Shown in pieces: positions 47,571 through 56,139 of a DNA stretch of 64,000 nt (its first letter is position 1; the number at the start of each line of letters is the position of its first letter). Both the position numbers and the translations under genes were made by a program. The DNA is taken from contig JAPSGB010000019.1 of assembly GCA_035063585.1 (NCBI GenBank), forward strand, positions 21,398-85,397, given 5' to 3'. The notes beneath the pieces were generated by a model, which saw only the letters and a program-made list of their open reading frames with translations, searched no databases and had not been told where the DNA came from. This DNA is from Polyangiaceae bacterium (lineage in GTDB: Bacteria > Myxococcota_A > Polyangia > Polyangiales > Polyangiaceae).

Positions 47571-49021
47571 ATGAGGCGACGCGCCCACTTGAGCTTGTCG
47601 TCCGCGTAAGGCGGATAGCGAAGCGACGGATCCACGAAGGTGGGCTTGTCGAGCACGCTCTTCGCGTGCGTGAAGGTGTCGAAGCTCGCCTTGCCGTGAT
47701 ACGCGCCCATCCCGCTCGGCCCCACGCCACCGAACGGCAGATCTGGCGGCACCAGGTGCGAGACGACGTCATTGACGCACGCGCCGCCCGAGCTGGTGCG
47801 CGCGATGACCCGGTCGGCGTGCTCCCGGCTCCGCGTGAAGATATAGAGCGCGAGCGGGCGCGGCCGCGCGTTCACGAAATCGATCGCCTCATCGACGCTC
47901 CCGACCGTGAGCACGGGCAGGATGGGCCCGAAGATCTCGCCTTCCATCACCCGCGCGTCGGGAGAGACGCCGCGCAGGATGGTGGGCGCGATGTACCGCT
48001 CGCCGACGCTCACCTCGCCGCCGGCGACCGTCTCTTCGCCGTCGAGCAGCTTGGCGAGCCGCTCGGTGTGGCGCTCGTTGACGATGCGGCAGTAGCTCGC
48101 GCTCTTCTTCGGATCGTCCCCGTAGAAGTCCCGCAGCACGGCGCGCATCCGCTCGAGGAGCGGCTGCTCGACGCTCTTGTCGACCAACACGTAGTCCGGC
48201 GCGACGCAGGTCTGGCCGGCGTTCATGAACTTCCCCCACATGATGCGCCGTGCGGCGGTGTCGAGGTCGACGTCGCTGTCGACGATGCAAGGGCTCTTAC
48301 CGCCGAGCTCGAGGGTGACCGGCGTGAGGTGCTTGGCCGCGGCCTCCATCACGATGCGCCCCACCGTGCCGTTGCCGGTGTAGAAGATGTGATCGAAGCG
48401 CTCGGCGAGCAGCGTGGTCGTCTCACGCACGCCTCCCTCGACCACCGCGACCGCGTCCTGATCGAAGTATTTCGGTACCAGCTTGGCGATGAGCGCGCTG
48501 GTCGCGGGCGCGACCTCGCTCGGCTTCACGACCGCGGCGTTGCCGCCGGCGAGCGCGCCGATGAGCGGCGCGAGCGCGAGCTGCAGCGGGTAGTTCCACG
48601 GCGCGATGATGAGCACTACGCCGAGCGGCTCGCGGTAGATCTTGGCCGACGACGGCTGCACCACCAGCGCCGATTTTACTCGCTTCGGCTTGAGCCAGCG
48701 CGGCAGCCGCTTCATCACGTACTTCAGCTCCGCCATCACGAAGCTCGTCTCGGTGACGAACGCCTCGAACTCCGGCTTGCCGAGGTCCGACCCGAGCGCC
48801 TGGTGGAAGGCGTCCTCGTTGTCCTCGAGCATCACGGCAAACTGCCGGAGCTGCTGGAGGCGCCACGCGAGCGGCCGGGTCACGCCCGCGTCGAACGCCT
48901 GCCGAAGTCGCGCGACCGTCGCGACGATCTTCTCGTCGCTCATCCCCGCCTCGCTCGCCGGCACGGCGCGCGCGCGCGGCTCCCTCGCCACAGACGACTC
49001 CACGGAGCTCGATTGCGTCAT
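47567..49021 (-). CDS. NAD(P)-dependent aldehyde dehydrogenase (ALDH3/fatty-aldehyde type)
   Basis: PWNYP, KPSE, YTGNG, LELGGKSP, NAGQTCVAPDY, EIFGP, PFGGVGPSGMG. Confidence 0.95.
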   Translation of the reverse strand: MTQSSSVESSVAREPRARAVPASEAGMSDEKIVATVARLRQAFDAGVTRPLAWRLQQLRQFAVMLEDNEDAFHQALGSDLGKPEFEAFVTETSFVMAELKYVMKRLPRWLKPKRVKSALVVQPSSAKIYREPLGVVLIIAPWNYPLQLALAPLIGALAGGNAAVVKPSEVAPATSALIAKLVPKYFDQDAVAVVEGGVRETTTLLAERFDHIFYTGNGTVGRIVMEAAAKHLTPVTLELGGKSPCIVDSDVDLDTAARRIMWGKFMNAGQTCVAPDYVLVDKSVEQPLLERMRAVLRDFYGDDPKKSASYCRIVNERHTERLAKLLDGEETVAGGEVSVGERYIAPTILRGVSPDARVMEGEIFGPILPVLTVGSVDEAIDFVNARPRPLALYIFTRSREHADRVIARTSSGGACVNDVVSHLVPPDLPFGGVGPSGMGAYHGKASFDTFTHAKSVLDKPTFVDPSLRYPPYADDKLKWARRLM

Positions 49022-49246
49022 GTCCGCAGCTTACCACTTTGGTCCCCCCGCGCCGGCCCCGACAAACCCGGGCATTTTCCGCTGGTTATGGGTGGTCGCT
49101 GCGGCGCGGAACCGCGGCGGGCCGCAGCGGCGCGCCGCCGGCATGTTCACATGAGAGCAAGAATGTTGATATGCGAGCTGGCGACGTCGGGCGGGCCGCG
49201 GGGTTCCGCGCCGCACCGGCCCCCGAGGCCGCCGGGAGCCGCCGCG

Positions 49247-50692
49247 CTACTTCGCGGCGCAGCCTCGGACCGCGGCGGGGAAGGTCTGCGCCGCGGTCTT
49301 CCGGAGCTCGTCGGGCTTCATGGTGGAGCCGAACTGGAGCTGGTAATAGCGGTCCCAGAGCCGCTTGGCCTCGTCGCAGCGGCCGCTCGCGCCCGCGCAT
49401 AGCGCGGCCTGCATGATGACCCCGTTCGCGGTGGCTCGCTCGCCCGGGTCGGTGAGCTTGGTCGCGAGCCGCTCCATCCGGGCGGCCTCCTCGATACACG
49501 CGGCGGCGTTCTTCTGCTGCGTCGCCTCCGCGACGCGGGCCATGGCGCGGCGCGCCTGCTCGGCCGGCGTCCCCTGCGAGCTCGGACACTTGGCGTCGGC
49601 GAGGGCCTGCGTCGACTGCGCGATCTGGTCGTCGCTCAGAGCTCGATCCTCGTCGCCGGCCTTCATGAAGTCGGTGTGGAGCTTCTTGCCCTCTTCGCAC
49701 TGCCCGGCCCGCATGAGACATAGCGCGCGCGTGTAGAGCACGTCCCGTGAGCGCGCGCCGTTCGGATCGATGCGGGCGGCGCGATCGAGATCGGCGAGGC
49801 ACCCGACGCCGTCGCCCGCGCGCTGCTCTTTCTCCTTCGCGCTCCGCCGGAGCGCGCTCGCCTGCCCGGCTGGGGTGTTCTCGTAGACCGGCGGGGGCGC
49901 CGGCGGCGGCGCCGCACCAGCTACGTCCGCCTGCTCGGCGCCGCCGTCACCAAGCTTCCGGAGCACCACCCGGATCGGGACGCGACAGCTCTGCTGCGTC
50001 TGGGTCTTGCAGTTCTCGAGGTCTCCGCCTCGCTTCAGGTGCTGCTCGCTGCTCCGGTGCTCGGCGCCGCCACCGATGGCGCCGATCCCGGCGGAGGCGC
50101 CCGCGGTGAGCTGCTCTCCGGAGTCGAGCGCAAACGCGCCGAGGTGGTACGCCCAGACGAAGTGGGTCGCCTCGGCGCACGCGGGGTTCTTCGCGAGCTC
50201 GGCGCGGGGGACGGTGTCGCGCGTCGCGGTCGCGACCCCGGTCACGAAGTACGACAGCCGGAGCTGCTCTCCGCGGCTCACCCGCCCGCCAAAGCTCGCG
50301 ACGCCGAGCGGTAGGTTCGCGTAGAGCTCGTCCTCGTTCTTCATCTCGATCCCCTCGAGGGTGCCGCTCGTGAAGTGCGGCGGAGCGTACTTGCCGTAGC
50401 GGCCGGGGACGGCGCCATCTGAGCAGCCGTCGAGCACGGTGAGCGAGCAGCCCTCGTACTTCACGAACACGAGATCGCGCGCTGCCTTGGCCTCGAAGCC
50501 CGCGAGATCGGTCGCGTCCCACTCGACGATGAAGGGCTTGAGCTGGTGCGTGCGCGCGTCCTCGCAGCGGGCGCGGCCGACGGCCGTGTCATCCATCGAC
50601 CGGGAGGACACGCCGGGAGCCTGCGGGGCTCCGCACGCGGCGAGGAGCGCGAGGACGCCGGCGAGAGGCGCGGAGCGGAGTGGTGAACTCAT
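49247..50692 (-). CDS. Lipoprotein, MACPF/CDC-like N-domain plus TPR-like C-domain
   Basis: Lipobox LLAAC; ATHFVWAYHLGA...RGGD; Pro linker; Cys-stapled helical repeats; TATGCT 7 nt upstream. Confidence 0.75.
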   Translation of the reverse strand: MSSPLRSAPLAGVLALLAACGAPQAPGVSSRSMDDTAVGRARCEDARTHQLKPFIVEWDATDLAGFEAKAARDLVFVKYEGCSLTVLDGCSDGAVPGRYGKYAPPHFTSGTLEGIEMKNEDELYANLPLGVASFGGRVSRGEQLRLSYFVTGVATATRDTVPRAELAKNPACAEATHFVWAYHLGAFALDSGEQLTAGASAGIGAIGGGAEHRSSEQHLKRGGDLENCKTQTQQSCRVPIRVVLRKLGDGGAEQADVAGAAPPPAPPPVYENTPAGQASALRRSAKEKEQRAGDGVGCLADLDRAARIDPNGARSRDVLYTRALCLMRAGQCEEGKKLHTDFMKAGDEDRALSDDQIAQSTQALADAKCPSSQGTPAEQARRAMARVAEATQQKNAAACIEEAARMERLATKLTDPGERATANGVIMQAALCAGASGRCDEAKRLWDRYYQLQFGSTMKPDELRKTAAQTFPAAVRGCAAK

Positions 50693-50913
50693 CGGAGCGA
50701 GCATAACCCGGACCCACCATGGGGCGGGCCGAGCCAGGTTGGCCGTGACCTTGCCGCTCCCGCGGGGCGAGCTGACGGCCGGCTCGCCCCGCCGAGTACG
50801 CGAGGTGGGCGCCTCGGGCGACGACGCGCTAGAGAGCCGAGCCACGGGTCGACCTGCGCGGCAGAGCAACCCGCGCGGCTCATCGTGAACACCGACCCCT
50901 CCTCGCTGAACCG

Positions 50914-52287
50914 ATGACCAGCCTGCACGCCGCGATCTCGACCTTCCTCGGGCTCGAGGGGCGGACACTCGAGCTTACGACCACGCGCACGCCGTACCCA
51001 TGCGTACGAGCCTCGCTCGAGGTCGGCGGCGAGCAGCTCGTGTTCGAGCTGTGCGAGGACCGGAGCGATGGCCGATTCTGGTTCGTCGACCACGGCGTCG
51101 CCGTCACCCACCGGACGCCGGTCGACGACGGCGTCCCGAGGCATGACGCCCAGCGGGCCTTGCTCCAGGGAGTAGAGCGCGGCGCGCGGCGGCGGAGCGA
51201 GGCCGGCGCCGCGGCCGCCGGCGTGATCGCGGCGGCGCTCGCGGGGCTCACGCCCGACGCGGCACCGAGCCGCGAGGCGGTCACGGAGTCGCCGGTCGAG
51301 CCGGCGCTCAGGGCCGCGCGCGGGGTGATCCACGGGGGGACCAGCGAGGTCGAGCGCGAGATCGTCTGGGCGGCCTTCGAGGTCGGGCTGCTCACCGAGC
51401 TCGAGCGGCGCGGGCGAAGCGGCGCAGGCGAGCTCGCCCGCGCGCTGGCGCTCGATCCTCACGGCGCGCTCTTGCTGCTTCGGGCGCTCGTCCCCCTCGG
51501 CTTGGTCGAGACTACCGATGAGCGGCGCTTCGCGCTGCGGACCGGGCTCTCGCGACACCTCGCCGACCTCCGCGAGCTCGTGGCACGCCGGCGCGAAGAC
51601 GCGCTCTGGTGGCGCCAGCTCGCGAGCTGGGTCAGGAGCGGGCGAACGGCGGCGTCGTACGAGGACACGGTGACTCGCTCGGAGGAGTCCTGGCAGCGCT
51701 ACATCGGCACTATCGCGCTCGGTCTGGAGGTGCAGGGGACGCTCTACTCCGCCGCGGAGCTCGAGGCGCTCGAGCTCACCGCCACGCGATCCTTGCTCGA
51801 CGTCGGGATCGCCAGCGGCCACGTCGCGGTCGCGTTTCTGCGGGCGCTGCCGGGGCTGAGGCTCATCGGTGTCGACTACCCCAGCGCGATCCCCATCGCG
51901 CGCCGCACGCTCGAGCAGGCCGGGCTCGCCGCCCGCGCCGAGCTCATCGCCGGCGCGTTTTACGACGAGGATTGGCAGCCGCCGAAGGGGTTCGACGTCG
52001 CCTGGCTGCGCGGGACGCTGCACGTCGAGTCGCCAGAGTCGAACCAGCGGTTGTTCGCGAAGCTGAGGCGAGCGTTGCCGGCCGAGGGTGCCCTGCTCAT
52101 CGATGAGCGCCTCGCCAACGTGAACGAGCTCGACTCGGGTTGGTGCGATCTCTACTGGTCGCTCGGGACGCGCCGCGGGCGGGCGTATGATCTTCCGACC
52201 GTCGTCGAGCTCTTGAAATCCAGTGGATTTCGCCGGATAGACGTCCTCTGGCGCGACGCGCCGACCACCTGCGTCCGCGCGCGCTGA
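50914..52287 (+). CDS. SAM-dependent O-methyltransferase (Methyltransf_2 type) with N-terminal extra domain
   Basis: Winged-helix dimerisation region ELARALAL...LLRALVPLGLV; LLDVGIASG; GAFY; TLH; LLIDE. Confidence 0.82.
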   Translation: MTSLHAAISTFLGLEGRTLELTTTRTPYPCVRASLEVGGEQLVFELCEDRSDGRFWFVDHGVAVTHRTPVDDGVPRHDAQRALLQGVERGARRRSEAGAAAAGVIAAALAGLTPDAAPSREAVTESPVEPALRAARGVIHGGTSEVEREIVWAAFEVGLLTELERRGRSGAGELARALALDPHGALLLLRALVPLGLVETTDERRFALRTGLSRHLADLRELVARRREDALWWRQLASWVRSGRTAASYEDTVTRSEESWQRYIGTIALGLEVQGTLYSAAELEALELTATRSLLDVGIASGHVAVAFLRALPGLRLIGVDYPSAIPIARRTLEQAGLAARAELIAGAFYDEDWQPPKGFDVAWLRGTLHVESPESNQRLFAKLRRALPAEGALLIDERLANVNELDSGWCDLYWSLGTRRGRAYDLPTVVELLKSSGFRRIDVLWRDAPTTCVRAR

Positions 52288-52307
52288 CGTCTCGCTCCGC
52301 CTGCGCT

Positions 52308-53891
52308 CTAGAGCGCCGCCTCGATGGTCAGGTTCGGGGTGTCATCGATGTTCACGAGCGAGCGCCGGCGCGGCCGCTGGAGGAAGCTCGCGTCGGGCCG
52401 GTCTGGGAACGGCACCGCGTAAAACACCAGCTTCCGTTCGTGGAGCACTCGGTTGAGCGCCGTCTGCTCGTCGAGCACCCGCTGCCTCGCGCCGCCCAGC
52501 CACTCCTCCTCGGTCACCTCGAGCACGATCTTCGCGAGGGGCGCGAACGCTTCGCCTACCTCGCCGCCGAGCTCGGCGTTCATCAAGATGGGATAGGAGT
52601 CCATGATGCGCGCGAGGAGCACGGCCATGTCCGGCTCGAACCCGCGGAGCACCGAGCGCTCGTAGTAGTTCCTGACGTCGGCGAGGAGCTCATGATCGAT
52701 GAGGTCGTTCTCGACGCAGTAGTCGTAGAGCGGTGTCCCGGGGTAAGGAAAGAGGATCGACGGGCGCACGGTATCGAGCCCGAGCTTCGCCGCGAAGCGG
52801 AAGGTCTGCAGGAGCTCCTCGCGGGTCTCGGTGGGCGTGCCCACGATGACGTAAGCGCGCGTGTTGATGTCGTGCCGCCGGAGCCGCTCGAGGGCGCCGA
52901 GCAGGACTTCCTCCTTGTGATCGGGTCGGCCGAGGAATTTTCGAATTCGCGGAGAGCCGCTCTCGAGGCCGAATTTCACCAGATTGCAACCCGCTCGCCC
53001 GAGCAGCTCCGCCACCTCGTCGTCGATGTAGTTCAAGGTCGCGTTGATCGCGAAAGGGACGTCGGGGAGCGCGCGCGGGTAGATCTCGGCCCAGGTCCGC
53101 ATGAAGGGCTTCGACATCACGGCTTGATCGTCGCCCCATGCAAACGTCTTCAGGTGCTCACCGCAGAGCTCGCGATACTTGACGCACTCCGCCAGGAGCG
53201 CGTGCGGGTCGCGGGTCCGGAGAAAACCGACCTGTGCCACGGTGGCCTTGAGATCGTTGCGATAGAGATCGATGAGCCCGGCGTTGTGGCAGTACTTGCA
53301 GCGGTACGGGCAGCCGCGGCCGGCGACCACGTCGATGACGCCGCGGGTTCGCATGGCGAGATCACGGTAGTCGAGGCCCTCCCAATACGGCTCGTGCTGC
53401 TTGGTGATGTCCGGCAGCGGGCCGACCGGGTTTCGCTTCATCTTGCCGTTTCGCATGCACGCGATGTTCGGCAACTCCGAGAGATCCTCGCCGCGCCCCA
53501 TCCGCGTCACGAGCTCGTCCATGCGGCCGTCGGCTTCACCAACGTAGGCGTAGTCGAGCGAGCCCCAGGAGAGCGGCTCCTCCGGGGTGAGCGTGGAGTG
53601 GACTCCGCCCGACATCATCGGCACCCTGGGCGCCAGCGCGCGCACCTGATCGGCGACGCGCCGGGCGATGGCCGCTTGGTTGGTGCCGAAGGAGTAGAGG
53701 ACGACGTCGGGCTCGCGCGCCGCGATGGACCTCGCGAACTCGCCCTCCGTCTGGGGGCCCGGGAGCCGCTCGTGATAGTGGGCGATCTGGACCTCGTGCC
53801 CGGCCTCCGCGAGCTCGCCGGACAGAATCGAGACGCCTTGGCTCATCCCGAGCGGCCCGCCGCGGTTCACCCACGCAAAAAGCACGCGCAT
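52308..53891 (-). CDS. Cobalamin-binding radical SAM enzyme (class B-like)
   Basis: N-terminal B12 domain (GGVHST, VGEAD); RGCPYRCKYC; GLESGS; GTPTET; PYPGTPLY. Confidence 0.92.
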   Translation of the reverse strand: MRVLFAWVNRGGPLGMSQGVSILSGELAEAGHEVQIAHYHERLPGPQTEGEFARSIAAREPDVVLYSFGTNQAAIARRVADQVRALAPRVPMMSGGVHSTLTPEEPLSWGSLDYAYVGEADGRMDELVTRMGRGEDLSELPNIACMRNGKMKRNPVGPLPDITKQHEPYWEGLDYRDLAMRTRGVIDVVAGRGCPYRCKYCHNAGLIDLYRNDLKATVAQVGFLRTRDPHALLAECVKYRELCGEHLKTFAWGDDQAVMSKPFMRTWAEIYPRALPDVPFAINATLNYIDDEVAELLGRAGCNLVKFGLESGSPRIRKFLGRPDHKEEVLLGALERLRRHDINTRAYVIVGTPTETREELLQTFRFAAKLGLDTVRPSILFPYPGTPLYDYCVENDLIDHELLADVRNYYERSVLRGFEPDMAVLLARIMDSYPILMNAELGGEVGEAFAPLAKIVLEVTEEEWLGGARQRVLDEQTALNRVLHERKLVFYAVPFPDRPDASFLQRPRRRSLVNIDDTPNLTIEAAL

Positions 53892-53944
53892 CGTTCCGGC
53901 AGCCTATCAGCGCTCCGCCCGAGGACAAACCGGCGCGCGGCGAC

Positions 53945-55402
53945 TCAGCGCGGGCGAGCATCACCGGCCAAGAGGCGGGCCGCCTCTTCGCGGACGTCTT
54001 CCACGCAGCGCTCGAGATCGGCGCCGCGGGTGCGGAAGCTCAGCACGCAGACCCGCCCGAGGAAGCGCTCGCCGACCTGCGCCCCCGTGAGCATCACTCT
54101 CCCGCGCCGCGTCACGCCGGTCATCAGAGCGCGGGTCGCGCGGTTCTGCTCGTCGAGCGTCCGCACGCTCCCGCCCTCGAGATGGAACGCGAAGAGCGAG
54201 AGCTCCGGTGGGGCGTCGAGCACGACGCCCGGGATCCGCGCGATCTCATCGGCTGCCCACGCCGCGAGCGCGCACTTCTCGGCGAGCGCGGCGCGGTATC
54301 GCGCTGCGCCGAAGATCTTGAGCGTGAGCCACACGCGGAGCCCCGGAAACCCGCGCGAGAGGTCCGGCCCGTACTTCGAAGGATCGTAGAATTCGTCCTG
54401 GCCCTCGGGCAGATATCCGGCGGTGGAGGAGTGGAGCGCGCGGAGCGCACGCCCATCGCGCACCAGGAGCGCGCCGGTCCCGTACGGCAAGAAGAGCCCC
54501 TTGTGCGGATCGAGGGTGAGCGAGTCGGCGCGGGAGAGACCGCTCAAGCGCGACCGGAGCGCAGGGACCATGTGGAAGAAGCCGCCGTACGCGCCGTCGA
54601 CGTGATGCCATATCCCCTCGCGGGCTGCTACGTCCGCGATCCGATCGAGCGGGTCGACCGCGCCCGTGTTGGTGGTTCCGGCGGTGGAGAACACCATGAA
54701 GGGGCGGAGCCCCGCGGCCCGATCGAGGGTGATGGCTCGCTCGAGCGCCTCGACGCTCATCCGGTAACCGGCGCCCACGTCGATGATGCGCACGCGATCC
54801 CGCGCGATGCCGGCGAGCTTCGCCGCCTTGATGACGGCGTGGTGCGTCTGCGAGGAGACGTAGAGGACGCCCGCGCGGATCTCCGCCCCGAGCAACTCCT
54901 CCCGCGCACACGCGATCGCGTTGAAGATCGCCATCGAGCCGCCAGTCGTGAAGAGCCCGCGCGTTCCCTGCGGGAGCTGCATGAAGTCACGGAGCCACTC
55001 GAGGGCGTTCGACTCGAGCTCGACTAGCGCGGGCGCGGCCTCCCAGATCCCGGTGAAGCGGTTGGTCGCGGCGCTGATGAAGTCGGCGAGCGCGGCAGGG
55101 TACACGCCGCCGCCCGGAATGAACGCGAGGTAGCCCGAGTGCGGCGTGCCGAACGAGCGCGGGATCCACTCGCTGAAGAGCGGCTCGAGCAGCGCCTCGA
55201 GGGGCGCGCCGAGCTCGGGCGGGGGCTCCCGGAGGGCGCGGCAGAGCGCCTCCACGCCGTCGAGCTCCCCGCAGCTCGGCGCGGTCGGGAGCGCGGCGTG
55301 GTGCGCCAGGATCCGCTCGAGGACCGCCTCGCCCATGGCGCGCATCGTCACCGGTGACAGGTCGAGGCTTGCGGAATCGTCGGCGGGGAGGAGGTGGGTC
55401 AT
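53945..55402 (-). CDS. Group II PLP-dependent (aromatic amino acid-type) decarboxylase
   Basis: YLAFIP, TTGGS, AGTTNTGAVD, HVDGAYGG, DPHK. Confidence 0.92.
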   Translation of the reverse strand: MTHLLPADDSASLDLSPVTMRAMGEAVLERILAHHAALPTAPSCGELDGVEALCRALREPPPELGAPLEALLEPLFSEWIPRSFGTPHSGYLAFIPGGGVYPAALADFISAATNRFTGIWEAAPALVELESNALEWLRDFMQLPQGTRGLFTTGGSMAIFNAIACAREELLGAEIRAGVLYVSSQTHHAVIKAAKLAGIARDRVRIIDVGAGYRMSVEALERAITLDRAAGLRPFMVFSTAGTTNTGAVDPLDRIADVAAREGIWHHVDGAYGGFFHMVPALRSRLSGLSRADSLTLDPHKGLFLPYGTGALLVRDGRALRALHSSTAGYLPEGQDEFYDPSKYGPDLSRGFPGLRVWLTLKIFGAARYRAALAEKCALAAWAADEIARIPGVVLDAPPELSLFAFHLEGGSVRTLDEQNRATRALMTGVTRRGRVMLTGAQVGERFLGRVCVLSFRTRGADLERCVEDVREEAARLLAGDARPR

Positions 55403-55612
55403 GGAGCGTCTCGTCCGTGCCCGCGCCGGTCTGCCTGGCCCTCGTCGTGCGCGGACTCGGCGTGCGCGGGGCGGCGAGTCTACGCGATCCTTCGAGCGCC
55501 GGCTCCGCCGGCTCGAATCGGGGTGAGGGTACCGGCCCGGCGCAAGATCGCGGTTCCGCGCCGGACCGGCATCCTCTTGTCCTCCTCGCGAGGGCGGCGC
55601 ATCATCGCCGGG

Positions 55613-55777
55613 ATGCCACGGGTTCATGAGCTCCCGAGCCATGGCGTGCCCGGCCGGGTCAGCTCCCGCGGCGACAGCGGGTGCGGCGTCGCGCGGGGGC
55701 CCGTGAGCGACGAGCGCGGTGAACTCTTGCTACTCGCCGGCGCCGCGCTGCTCGCGGTCGCCCGCCGCCGCGGCTGA
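55613..55777 (+). CDS. Miniature or truncated ORF consisting almost only of a MYXO-CTERM-like tail
   Basis: SGCGVA...LLLLAGAALLAVARRRG; no signal peptide; 2 bp from the next gene. Confidence 0.5.
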   Translation: MPRVHELPSHGVPGRVSSRGDSGCGVARGPVSDERGELLLLAGAALLAVARRRG

Positions 55778-55779
55778 GC

Positions 55780-56136
55780 ATGCCGTTCGTCGCGGCGTGG
55801 GCCCGCGCGTTCTTGCTGACGGCGCTCATCGAGGGTTGTGTCGCGCTCCCGCTCTTGAAGTCGGCCGAACGGCGCTTCTCGCGACGCGCCGGCTTGGTGT
55901 TCTTCGCGCAGCTCGCGAGCCATCCGGCGGTGTGGTTCATCTTCCCCGAGCTCGGGCTCTCGCGCGCCTGGTATCTGGTGGTCGCCGAGGGCTGGGCGCT
56001 CGCCTCCGAGGCGCTCTTCTATCGGCTGGCCTTTCCGGCGCTCACCTGGAAGCGTACGCTCGGCGTATCCTTGCTCGCCAACGGCGCCTCCTACGCGGTC
56101 GGGCTCGGGCTCCGCGCGCTGACCGGCTGGGTCTAG
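55780..56136 (+). CDS. Small four-TM membrane protein
   Basis: LTALIE, SHP, AE..A...E, SLLANGAS: polar residues embedded in TMs. Confidence 0.8.
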   Translation: MPFVAAWARAFLLTALIEGCVALPLLKSAERRFSRRAGLVFFAQLASHPAVWFIFPELGLSRAWYLVVAEGWALASEALFYRLAFPALTWKRTLGVSLLANGASYAVGLGLRALTGWV

Positions 56137-56139
56137 GGC

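Noticed and set aside
52308..55777. Radical SAM RiPP cluster
   Set aside because: No SPASM/RRE features, precursor-like peptide, protease or exporter; the nearby short ORF looks like a sorting tail.
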